From contig CP042461.1 in assembly GCA_004563595.2 (NCBI GenBank), positions 1,260,001-1,292,000 on the forward strand: a DNA stretch of 32,000 bases, in the 5' to 3' direction. Shown here piece after piece: positions 21,928 through 32,000 of the stretch. Positions within the stretch are counted from its first letter, which is position 1. The number at the start of each line of letters is the position of its first letter. The notes beneath the pieces were generated by a model. The model ran no database searches and was not told the DNA's origin. It worked only from the letters and a program-made list of their open reading frames with translations. A program made the translations under genes and the position numbers. Source of the DNA: Candidatus Saccharimonadota bacterium (GTDB taxonomy: Bacteria; Patescibacteriota; Gracilibacteria; BD1-5; UBA6164).

Positions 21928-23368
21928 CAAGTACAAAGTCTTCATCTCACGCTGTTGCTTCTTCGTCTCACATTGCAATTGCTCATGACTGTTCATCAAA
22001 TTTTTCTTGTTGTACTTTTGGGTCTACAAGTTCTGAATAAGCCTTTAGAACTTCCCATCCATTAAGTAATAGTTGGAATTGTTCTACTATATTTTCATTT
22101 TCATCACTTGCTCTTGCAAGAGGTTGCATTGTCTTTGGATAGTTATAGACAAATGCTGGTCATATAATAGAAGGTCTGAGTACCTTTTTATATAAATAAT
22201 CAATCATTGTTGCTGTTGCTTGTTTATCAATTCATTCCCAAGCATATCCTGCAGCTTTTATATCTGCTCTTAATTTTTCATCATCACCTGATTCATACTT
22301 ATCTATATCTATCCCTGATTTTTCTTTTACTCAAGCTATATAATCAACTTTTTCCCACGGAGTAGTGAAATCTACGGTTTGTACTTCTCCATCTTTATCT
22401 TTGATTTTTATTTCTCTATCAAGATTCATTTCATCAAATATAAAATCAAACATATCTTCTGTAAATTTCATATTATCATTGAAATTCCAATATGCAGCAT
22501 AATGCTCTACAGCAGTGAATTCTTGCATATGAGAAGGATCAGATCATTCATTCCTGAAATTTTTCCCTATTTCAAATACTCTTTCAAATCTTCCAACAGT
22601 TGCTTTCTTTAATGCTGTTTCTGGAGCAATTCTTAAGAAAAAATCTTCATCAAAATCATTATGATGAGTCACAAATGGTAGTGCTGCTGCTCAAGATGCT
22701 GAACTTCCTAAAACAGGAGTTTCAATTTCCATGAAATCATTTTTCCAATAAAATTCTCTTATTTTTTTAAGAAAATCACTTCTGAATTTAAATCTATCAA
22801 AAGATTCTTCATTCATAATAAGATCTAAGTATCTTTGCCTATAAATAGTTTCTCTATCTTGAATCCCATGAAATTTTTCAGGCAGAGGTCTTACTGCTTT
22901 TGAAAGAATTTGAAACTCATTTACAAAAAGAGTTAATTCTCCATGTTTTGTAAGAAATAAATCTCATGTGAGACCTATATAATCTCAAACCTGACAAAAT
23001 TTTTCAGCTATCTTAAACGCTGTTTTTTCTTCTCATGCAATCTCTATTTTTTCAACTCACTCTCTCCCTGTATTAAAAATAACCTTACCTCTCATAAAAG
23101 ATATTTGAATATCTCCTGTATGATCTCTAATTTTTCCGAATACCAGCTTTCCCATTCCTCTACTTGAAATAATTCTCCCTGCAGTTTTAAACTCTCAAAT
23201 TGATCAGTTCTCCATTAAGTCAGCAACATCTTTTATCTTTGCTTCACCTTTTCTAATATCTGAGATATCTTGTTTCCCATGAAAACTATTTGCATAACAA
23301 ATCACTCATGCATTTTTTAAGTTTTGTATCTTCTCTTGTCTATCTCTTGCTTCTTTTGAATAATCCAC
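21785..23368 (-). CDS. lysS: lysine--tRNA ligase (class II)
   Basis: 527 aa with a GTG start: (M)[28 protein letters not shown]...[44 protein letters not shown]...[26 protein letters not shown]...[23 protein letters not shown] stop at 21785-21787. Confidence 0.93.
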
Positions 23369-23544
23369 TCTATTTGTGTTAAAATTTTAAAATTATAGCT
23401 TTAAACTACCTATTTTTTCTAAAAATTCAAGATAAATATGAATTTTATTTACCTATCTATAAAAAGTAGATTGTGTCAACTTCTTTATTTGTTTCAGATC
23501 TATTTTTATGATAAAATTAAAGAGATTACATTTAATGTATACAA

Positions 23545-26352
23545 ATGAAAAAACTACTATTTATAATACTCTGATTCTTTATCTCAACTCAAAGCGCCTT
23601 TTGAGCTTTATACCCAGTTGATAAAAAACTGAATGCTGCAACAAAAAAACCTACTCCACAAACGGAAGAGTCTTTTTTTAGTTGAAGTATTGAAATGATG
23701 CAAAATATTTTGTATTATGCAATATTATGAGTATTACTAGTCATCTGACTTATACTCACTATCAAATTTATCCGTTTTTTATTTGAGATATATTATGCAA
23801 AAAATCTAAGGTATCTCAAAGTAACTCTCCCCAGAGCAGATTCTAAGCTTGATAAAGAAAAAGAAACAAAAAAAGATTTCAAAGAAAAAATTGGAATGAT
23901 GAGTATGTTTTATAAAGCAATACATAAGCTCAGTGAAGCCTGATTACGTGATACATTTTTAAACTTCCTTTTTAGACATTCAAAAATTAGTTTAGAACTT
24001 GTGTATAAAGATGGTGAAGTAACTTTTTATATTGTGACGTATAAAAATTACGTAAATCTTGTTACTCAACATTTAACATCAGTATATACAGATGCTGAGG
24101 TTCTTGTTGTTGACCCAAAAGATGATTATATCAAAATAAAACCAAAAGGATATTCTATGAGAGCAGCCTCTCTTTGAAAAGAACATGATGATGTGTATCC
24201 TATCAAAACATATAAATACTTAGAAGATGATCCTATAAACAATTTCACAAATGTATTTGGAGGCTTAAAAAAAGAAGATAAAGCTGTATTTCAACTCGTT
24301 ATTAAACCAGATTTTAAATGGAATAAAAAAGCATTAAATGCTTCAAGGCTGGTAGCAAAAGGACAGTATGGGAAAAAAAGAAAAAACCCACTGAGTTTTC
24401 TTGGATTTTTATACAACCCAATTATTGCAGTAATTCAATGACCAGATAGTATGATAGCTGGAGGTAATAATGCTCCTGGAGCGAGTGAAGGAGATGCATA
24501 TAAAATATTTAATCAAGCTGAAACAGAAGCCCAAAAAATCATGTGAGAAGCTGCTGCTCAGCCTGCTTTTAAAAGCTCAATTAGAGTGTTAGTAAGTAGT
24601 AAAGATCATAGAAGTTCTGAAAATGGGGTTCATGCTATTGTTGCTGCTGCATCAATTTTTACTGATGAGTATAACAACTCTCTTGATAATCCTCAAGTAA
24701 TGGAAGATGCTTTTCCATTTATATTTACTCCAATGAGATACTTTGGTTTTAAATTTAAACTCGTTGGTTTTTTTCAAAATGTATCGTATTTTTCTGCTGA
24801 TGAAATATCAACTCTCTATCACCTCCCAGATATAACCTATAATAGATCTCCAATTATTAATTGGTTGGAATATAAAAAACTCCCTACTCCTCATAATTTA
24901 AAAACCCCTCAAGAACCCACTATGCTCCAAGAAAAGGTAAAAGTAGGAGAAAAGGATGGGAAAGCAATTTATGAAACCAAAGATGTCCACAGACACCTTT
25001 GAGGATTCCCTGTCTATAAAGACTGAGTTGTACTTGGGTGGAATGAATATAGAAACAAGAAAACTCCTATATATTTCAATAGAAAAGATAGATGAAGACA
25101 TCATTATATCATCTGAAAATCATGAGGATGAAAGTCAGTTTTTATTGGATACCTTGCAAGACAAGATCTCCGGAATGGAGATGGTATCTGTGTGGTAGAT
25201 CCACATGGGGATTTAGTTGAAGATGTCCTTGCATTTACACCAAAAGAAAGAGCAAAAGATGTAATAGTCTTTGATCCAGCTGATACTGAAAGACCAATGG
25301 GACTCAATATGTTAGAAGTTATTAGTAAAGATCCTGAAATCAGAAAAAGAGAAATGGATAGAGCTGCTATGGACGCTACTGAAATATTTATCAAAATCTT
25401 TGGGGATGAAATCTTTGGTCCAAGAATCCAGCATTACTTCCGTAATGGGTGTCTCACTCTGATGGAAGATGAAGAAGATGGTGGAACTATCATAGATGTA
25501 CCGAGGCTTTTTGTAGATGAGGCATTTATGAAATATAAGACTTCAAAAATAAAAAATCCCGTAGTAAAATCATTCTGGGAGCATGAATATGCAAATACAG
25601 GAGATAGGGAAAAACAAGAAATGATACCGTATTTTTCTTCTAAATTCTGACCATTTATTACTAATACAACGATAAGAAATATTATCGGACAGCCAAAATC
25701 TGCTTTTAACATTAGAGAGATTATGGATAACAGAAAGGTTCTTCTTGTAAATCTATCAAAAGGGAAAATCTGATCTCTCAATGCACAATTACTGGGGCTC
25801 ATATTTGTATCCAAAATAAATATGGCTGCTATGTCGAGAGCTGATATGCCTGAGGAGGAAAGGAAAGATTTTTATATGTATGTTGATGAGTTTCAAAATT
25901 TTGCTACAGAAACCTTTTGAGAAATTCTATCAGAAGCCAGAAAATATCACCTCGCACTTATAATGGCTCACCAATTTATTGCACAAATATGATGAAATGG
26001 TTCTCCAAAATGAGATAAACCGAGTATCAAAGATGCGGTATTTGGGAATGCTGGTACTATTATGAGTTTCAAGGTTTGAGCCGATGATGCTGAGTATATG
26101 GAAAAAGAATATGCTCCTCTGCTCTCTCAACAAGATATTATCTGAATTGCGAACTTTACAGCATATTGTAAACTTAATATTGATAACGCAACAACCAGAC
26201 CATTTGATTTAAAAACAATATGGGATAATACCTATAAGAATAGAAAAATTGCTGAAATAATTAAAGAATATTCGAGAAAAAAATATTGAAGAAAGAAAAA
26301 GTATGTAGATATGGAAATCGAAGCAAGATTATGAATTATGCCTGATGAATAA
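23545..26352 (+). CDS. type IV secretion coupling protein-like ATPase (VirD4/TraG/TraD family)
   Basis: 935 aa in a single frame joining track ORFs 24193, 24586 and 25192. It has two N-terminal hydrophobic segments. The Walker A motif is HHYIIGKSGGGKS (25108-25137), with three Gly encoded by TGA. It also has VVDPHGDL, a Walker B-like FYMYVDEFQNF, LIMAHQ, and GNAGTIMSF as in TraG-D C-terminal regions. Confidence 0.8.
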
Positions 26353-26385
26353 AACATCAAACTTTTAAAAACTTAATATATTTTC

Positions 26386-27354
26386 ATGAAAGTATTAATA
26401 AAAATTGTATTACTTGTTATGATAGCCTTGAATGCCCTCATTCTTACTAATACGTTTGCAGCTGTTGATGATAATTTAAATACAGGGAATCAGCAACCAA
26501 CAAATACTATTATAAATACTCATTTAGAAAAGGTAAAAGGAGCTGATAGTTCTATTTGAGTATGAGCGATAGGGTGAGAAAAATGAATTTACAACTCCAT
26601 GATTAGGATTGCAAGGGATCTCAAAAATGTCTTTTTCTTTATTGCCTGACTCTATCTTGTTTTTCTTGTATTAAGGCTCCTATTTGCTGAAAATACAGAA
26701 GAAGAAGCGGGGAATTTCAAGAAATGAATTATCTGGACCAGTCTCTGACTTGTTATTATGCAGCTCTCCTACTCTGTTATAAAAGTTCTCTTTGATAAAG
26801 ATATTTCAGAGCGACTTGCTGTCGACTTCATAGATGCAATAATTAATCCTCTTATTCAGCTTGTAGAAACATGAGCAAGTTTTATGTTTATCTGAATTGC
26901 AATATATTCATTTTATGCAATTGTCACAGCAAATGGAGATGAAGAAAAAATAAAAACTTGAAAGATGTCAGTTTTGTATGGAATTATCTGATTTATTATT
27001 ATTAAATTCTCTACAACCATAGTTGATTCTGTATATTGAAAAATCAACTGTCCTACTGTAAGTATAAAGAGTATTTTTGATACTTCTCTATGAAATAAAT
27101 GTATAGAGAAAACAAATCTGAGCTGATTGACAGGTATCATTGTAGATATAATAAACTGGATGAATTCTCTTGTATGAATTGCAGTAATAATAATGATAAT
27201 ATATGCTTGAGTTCAAGTACTATTCTCTGCAGGAGATGAAGAAAAACTAAAAAATGCTAAAAGATCAATATTCTATATTGCTCTATGATTATTCATACTT
27301 GTAATGAATTATATGATTTTAACATTCTTTATTATACCAAATAGCACTATTTAA
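26386..27354 (+). CDS. secreted/membrane protein made of three pilin-like TM-hairpin modules
   Basis: 322 aa. The signal peptide is MKVLIKIVLLVMIALNALILTNTFAA. The modules are ...LRLLFAENTEEEAGNFKKGIIWTSLGLVIM, ...FYAIVTANGDEEKIKTGKMSVLYGIIGFIII and ...IYAGVQVLFSAGDEEKLKNAKRSIFYIALGLFILV. Confidence 0.65.
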
Positions 27355-27369
27355 CAATAAATAATAGAC

Positions 27370-28284
27370 ATGAAAACTTTTATAAAAATTCTCCTCACAT
27401 GAACTCTCTTCTTTTGAGCGTTTGGTCTGTTATGAGATACTTATGCAGCAATAAGTGGTTTTGAAGATAGCGCCTGAGCCATAAAGGCTGTGTCTATCAA
27501 TCCACCTGAATGATGATCTACTGTGGAAACAATAGAAAAATTATGATTGAGCATACTTACTACTACTAAAGTAATATTAGCATGAGTTATCGTTATTTTT
27601 ATGGTATATATAGGAGTACAGATGATTCTCTCTCTTTGAACTGATGAAGAAGAGTTGAGTAAATCAAAACGACAAATCATGTATAGTACTATTTGACTGA
27701 TTTTTATCAATATTCCTGGGACACTTTATAATGCAATAAATAATGATACAGCAAGTACTATATGATGAAGGGTATGAGTGAGTTCATTTATAAAAAAACC
27801 TTGAAATAGTGATTCAAATGTTTTCATTGATATATTTGATTTTTGAAATACTATCAATGGTGATATTATTTGATTTTTAGAAGTCTTTATCTCAGCTGCA
27901 GCAATATGAATGATATTATATGCTGGAGTCAAGATGCTCCTCTCATGAGGAAAAGATGAGCAAATTACAGAAGCAAAAAGTAAAATTGTTTGGTCTCTTG
28001 TCTCACTTGTTTTCGTTTGATTTATAGAAAGCTGGAAAACATTTGCGTTTAGTTGAAATATTGATGATGGGATCGATATATTTGAGACAGCTTCTAATCT
28101 TGCACTTTTTATTGCAGGACCAGTTGCCCTCTTCTTCTTAACTCTTGCTTGATATTACTATATAACTTCAAACTGAGATGAAGAAAGAGTAAAAAAAGCA
28201 AAAAATATTGTTATAAATACACTGATTGCAACGGTTATAATCCTTGCAAGTTATACCTTCTTACTCGATTTATCTAATTTATAA
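27370..28284 (+). CDS. secreted/membrane protein made of three pilin-like TM-hairpin modules
   Basis: 304 aa. The signal peptide is MKTFIKILLTGTLFFGAFGLLGDTYA. The modules are ...VYIGVQMILSLGTDEEELSKSKRQIMYSTIGLIFI, ...LYAGVKMLLSGGKDEQITEAKSKIVWSLVSLVFVG and ...AGYYYITSNGDEERVKKAKNIVINTLIATVIIL. Confidence 0.65.
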
Positions 28285-28302
28285 AATTCTTTAAAAAAAA
28301 TT

Positions 28303-28719
28303 ATGAAAAAAATATTTATACAAATACTTTTGATTCTCTCAATGTTTTCTTTTTGAGTATTATCTAGTTATGCAGAAGAATGAATTCAAGTAACGGTCAC
28401 TGAAAGAATTCCTGGAGCGGGATGTGATAAATGAACAACTGATGATAATTGAAACATTTTATATAAATGTACTGTAAAACCATGATTCTGATCTGTTGTA
28501 GAAATGATGTGAAATATGATTAAATATTTTACATTCATAGCTGGGCTTGCTGGTGTCTTATTCATTGTAATAAATGGTATCATGTATTCTATGGGTGGGG
28601 CAGATCCAAGTATGAAAGATGAAGCAAAGAAAAGAATTACTGGGACATTGGTATGACTCGTTGTTCTCTTTATGAGTTGAGTGATATTAAATATCATTGC
28701 TCCTTGGATCTATAAATAA
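28303..28719 (+). CDS. VirB2/TrbC-like T4SS pilin family protein (single module)
   Basis: 138 aa. The signal peptide is MKKIFIQILLILSMFSFGVLSSYA, followed by a Cys pair (PGAGC...YKC). The module is IKYFTFIAGLAGVLFIVINGIMYSMGGADPSMKDEAKKRITGTLVGLVVLFMSGVILNIIAPW. Confidence 0.75.
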
Positions 28720-28721
28720 AA

Positions 28722-28762
28722 AAATACTCTTACTATAATATATAGTAAGAGTATTTTTTTTT
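28722..28762 (+). terminator. intrinsic terminator of the pilin operon
   Basis: A 16-bp perfect stem, aaatactcttactata (28722-28737) / tatagtaagagtattt (28741-28756), followed by a T-run. Confidence 0.8.
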
Positions 28763-28772
28763 AATTGTTTTT

Positions 28773-28847
28773 TGGTTGCGGGGATTGGAATTGAACCAAT
28801 GGTCTTCGGGTTATGAGCCCGACGAGATACCACTTCTCCACCCCGCG
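28773..28847 (-). tRNA. initiator tRNA-fMet (CAU)
   Basis: CGCGGGGTGGAGAAGTGGTATCTCGTCGGGCTCATAACCCGAAGACCATTGGTTCAATTCCAATCCCCGCAACCA. It has the C1/A72 mismatch and three G:C pairs (GGG/CCC) closing the anticodon loop CTCATAA. It is near-identical in its key elements to the E. coli initiator. Confidence 0.92.
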
Positions 28848-28868
28848 GTATAAAAAATTACATTAAAA

Positions 28869-28943
28869 TGGTACGGCCACGGAGAATCGAACTCCGGTTG
28901 CCTGGATGAAAACCAGGTGTCCTAACCCCTAGACGATGGCCGC
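28869..28943 (-). tRNA. tRNA-Glu (UUC)
   Basis: GCGGCCATCGTCTAGGGGTTAGGACACCTGGTTTTCATCCAGGCAACCGGAGTTCGATTCTCCGTGGCCGTACCA. The anticodon stem is CCTGG/CCAGG and the loop is TTTTCAT, which places TTC at positions 34-36. It has a Glu-type D-arm and an encoded CCA. Confidence 0.88.
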
Positions 28944-28976
28944 ATAAAACTTAACGCTTGGATAGTATATACATAT

Positions 28977-29010
28977 AAAAAAATAGTCAAATTTTTTTGA
29001 CTATTTTTTT
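28977..29010 (-). terminator. hairpin, likely terminator of the cyclase gene; it overlaps a TTGACT box upstream of tRNA-Glu
   Basis: aaatagtcaaa (28981-28991) pairs with tttgactattt (28996-29006), flanked by A- and T-runs. Confidence 0.45.
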
Positions 29011-29105
29011 ATATTTTAAAAGCGAGAAAAAGATACCTCTTTCTTGAATATTCTCTCCATAACAGGAGAAAAGAGCTAGATTTTTAATGAATAATTTATT
29101 TCCGT

Positions 29106-31214
29106 TTATTTCTCACTCATAACCCAAATTCCATCCCAATTTTCTTCAGGAGAAACTTTCATGTAAGTTTCACATCTATTTTTATAAGTAATACTTGGCT
29201 TATCTCAAAGCTTTTCACACTTTTCAAAGAAAGAAAGAGCTTGTTTAAAGTCTTTCTTTAAATACAATGTAATTCACTTGGTATATTCTTTAATGACTGT
29301 CTTTTTTTCATCTGAAAGTTTTTCTTTTTCTGACAGAAGTTCATATATTACTACCGGTTTATTTTTTCATTTAACCTTTATTTTATCAAGATATCTAAAA
29401 TAAAAGTTATCTTTATTCTCTAGAAATACAGCTTCACTGACACAAATATAAGTTCCATAATACTTATTTACCCCTTCCAAACGAGAAGCTAGGTTTACAC
29501 TATCTCAAAGTGCGGTAAACTCCATTTTTCTTCCTATTGCTCAGATATTTCAAATAATTGCTTCTCAACTATGAATTCAAATCCTTGCTTTGATTTCAGA
29601 AAAACCTTCTTTATTCCATTTTTTATTTAATTTTCATAATAACTCTTGTTGTAGTAATGCTGACTTACATGCATTATACGAATCCTGTGGTCATGCATCT
29701 CAAAATGCACCCCAAAGTGCCATAATTGCATCTCCCTCATATTTATTTACAAATCATTTTTCATCTAATATCACATTCGACATTCCTCATAAATACTCCC
29801 TGAGAAAAGCTACCAGTTTTTCTGCTGTAAATTTTTCTGATATACTTGTAAATCATTCTATATCTGAGAAAAATATTGCTATACATTTCTTTTCTCCATT
29901 TAAGTTGATCTTTCAAGCTCATGAAAGTATTTCAGATGCAATATCAGTGGAAACATATTCTCATAAAGCTTTATTTAGCTTCATCTTATGTTTGTTTTCA
30001 ATAAGGTATTTTGCTATATTTGAAAATATCAGAGAAAATATAAGGGAAAATATAAGCTCTATTGGAAAGTTAATAATTAAATTTGTAGTATGAATGACAA
30101 TAAAAGGAAATATTATTATAAAAAGAGAAAAAACTGCAATATTACTCAAAATAAGTATATATCATGAGCGACTTAAATTAAAATATACTGAAACAATAAT
30201 AAGTAAAAATATCAAAACCCATTCTAGTTTTGTATCAAAATATCTTAAATAATTTTTATTCAATATGGTATTAATCATATTCACATGAGTATAAACTCAA
30301 TAATCAATACCATTAGGAGTGTAAAATACATCTTTTATTCAAGTAGCTGTTGCTCAAATCAAAATAATTTTATCTTTAAAATCAATATGGTTTTTAAGTT
30401 CTTCAAATTTTTTTGAGTCATATACATCTATAAATGACACTGTTTTTTTCTCTTTTTGAAAATCAGAATATTTTATATAATTTATAAGGATTTCCTTTTC
30501 TCAACTTCTTGCAAGTGGTATCTTTTTATTAGGTATGAGGTGATAAAAATTATCATCAACAAATGACTCTTTTGTAATAAAGTCTCTTTTATAAAATAAT
30601 GAATAATATGTTTTTAATACTGCGAGACTAAAGTGGTCAAAATATTCTCATTTTTTTGTTTTGGTAAAAGGTGTAATTCAGTATACCACATGATTTACAT
30701 CATCAATATCGGGACTATAGTAACCCGTCGCTTTAATAACATCCGAAAAAATAGATTTTTGAAAGATTCAGTTTTTCGAAAAATATGATCATATCAATAT
30801 ATTTCATGCCTGTTGTATAGATGCTCTAAACGCGGTATCTGATTCCTTTTTAAGAGACTCTTCTGCAAAAATAATATCAAACGCTATCAGAGTAGCTCAC
30901 GCATCATTTAAATGCTCTATAACAGGAATATAGGCCTTTCTATCAAAAGGGAACCTTCAAAGCTTTATATTACTATTATTTCCTTGTTCTAATGTCTTAT
31001 CATCAATCTCGACTATTAAAATATTATCGTTTATTTTTGATTGTTTGGCTTTATTTTTGATTGTATAATATGTATTTTGAATTTTTTTATCTAAAATATA
31101 AAATACTCAGGTTGAGCTCAAGATCACAACAAGTATCAGTATTATCAAGGATAATCATACTGATAAGATATTTTTTCATTCTAATGAAAAAATGTTTTTT
31201 ATATTAAAATGCAT
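29106..31214 (-). CDS. CHASE2 sensor domain-containing class III adenylate/guanylate cyclase
   Basis: 702 aa under code 25: MHFNIKNIFSLEGKNILSVGLSLIILILVVIL.... It has a periplasmic CHASE2-like region (ILIVEIDDKTLEQ...GRFPFDRKAYIPVIEHLNDAGATLIAFDIIF) and three TM segments. The cyclase core is IAIFFSDIEGFTSISE...YEGDAIMALWGA...IGIHSGEAIIGNIGA...FTALGDSVNLASRLEG. TAA stop at 29106-29108. Confidence 0.85.
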
Positions 31215-31224
31215 TAAAACAAAA

Positions 31225-32000
31225 TTATTTATTAATCAAAGAGTCCAACACTCAGTGTATTACCTTATCCGTATTATTTTTAATAGAATTATATCTACTC
31301 TTAATATCATCAACTGATATATTTTTAAATTTTGTAAGATCGACGCTTTGCCCAAATATATTTTTTAGACTCTCCAGGTTATTTAGCATAATTTGTTTCA
31401 GATCATCTGGAAGAATGTTAAAGTCAAAATAATCAGAAAATTTAATATCTAATTCCTTTAATATGTCGCTATGATTTTTCAAAATAGGAAGTATAGAATC
31501 TAGGTGATTAAAGTTTTTAGATTGAATAGTTTCCTTAAAGTCAAACATAATACTTTGAATGAGTACTTTTTTATTATCGTTTGATGCTGTAGCAAGTAAT
31601 ACTTCTTTTAATTTAATCTTATTGAGAAATAACATTCAATCATCTGAAGATTTTATAAAATTAATTTTTTGGTATTCAATAAGAAGTTTGTTATAGAGTT
31701 CTTGTTTTTCACTCTCTGACATTGTTCATATCAATTTTTCTAAATCTTCAGATTGTATAACTTCATCAAATTTCTTTAATATAATATTCTCTTTAAATTT
31801 CTCTAAAGCTTCTTGTTTTAATATCTCTAGGTACTCGGTATCATATTTATCATTTAAAGCTTCCCAAGCTTGATTTTTTATATCTCTAATAAACTTTTCA
31901 AGTTGTATAAAAGAAAATGTTTTTAATGAAAAAGGGTCTCTTTCTCAAATAATAAAAGACTTGTCATTTGTTGTAAGTGTAACTTCATGGTCTAAAACAT
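31225..32000 (-). CDS. hypothetical protein, partial (N-terminus beyond window end)
   Basis: The frame is open from 32000 to TAA at 31225-31227 when TGA=Gly. It extends track ORF 31252..31635 in both directions. The sequence is K/E/L/I-rich and probably helical (...EKFIRDIKNQAWEALNDKYDTEYLEILKQEALEKF...). No family recognised. Confidence 0.55.

Noticed and set aside
24956-25198. Track ORF 24956..25198 (+) as a separate small gene inside the T4CP region
   Set aside because: It is in a different frame from the 935-aa ATPase. The ATPase frame across this interval encodes the Walker A motif (IIGKSGGGKS) once TGA=Gly, so the track ORF is an out-of-frame artefact.
28869-28943. Candidate UGA-decoding tRNA-Gly(UCA), because the anticodon loop TTTTCAT contains TCA
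   Set aside because: With the 5-bp stem CCTGG/CCAGG and a 7-nt loop, positions 34-36 are TTC and position 37 is A. The D-arm and overall sequence are Glu-type. TCA is out of register.

Overview
This visibly AT-rich bacterial chromosomal segment is only coherent if TGA is read as glycine (translation table 25, the Gracilibacteria / Absconditabacteria-SR1 type of CPR bacterium). The supplied ORF track uses the standard code, so nearly every real gene appears as fragments and many listed ORFs are antisense shadows. I re-translated by hand with only TAA and TAG as stops. This gives about 27 CDS and 3 tRNAs at high coding density, most followed by clean intrinsic terminators. Housekeeping genes are prfA, obg, tRNA(CAU), rpsF-ssb-rpsR, typA/bipA, leuS, an O-methyltransferase, thiI, smpB, an M23 peptidase, dnaE and lysS. 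The accessory content is more interesting. A VirD4/TraG-like coupling ATPase is followed by three secreted proteins built from 3, 3 and 1 VirB2/TrbC-like pilin hairpin modules, ending at a tRNA-fMet/tRNA-Glu pair. There is also an orphan pilin gene next to a 72-aa glycine-zipper ORF that is invisible under the standard code. Other accessory items are a 650-aa protein with five 45-bp tandem repeats, a CHASE2 class III nucleotide cyclase, and a lipoprotein gene with no TAA/TAG before its terminator. Several structured intergenic elements are also present. All coordinates come from hand translation. dnaE, leuS and the first partial gene were scanned codon by codon for TAA/TAG. Start codons are less certain than stops.
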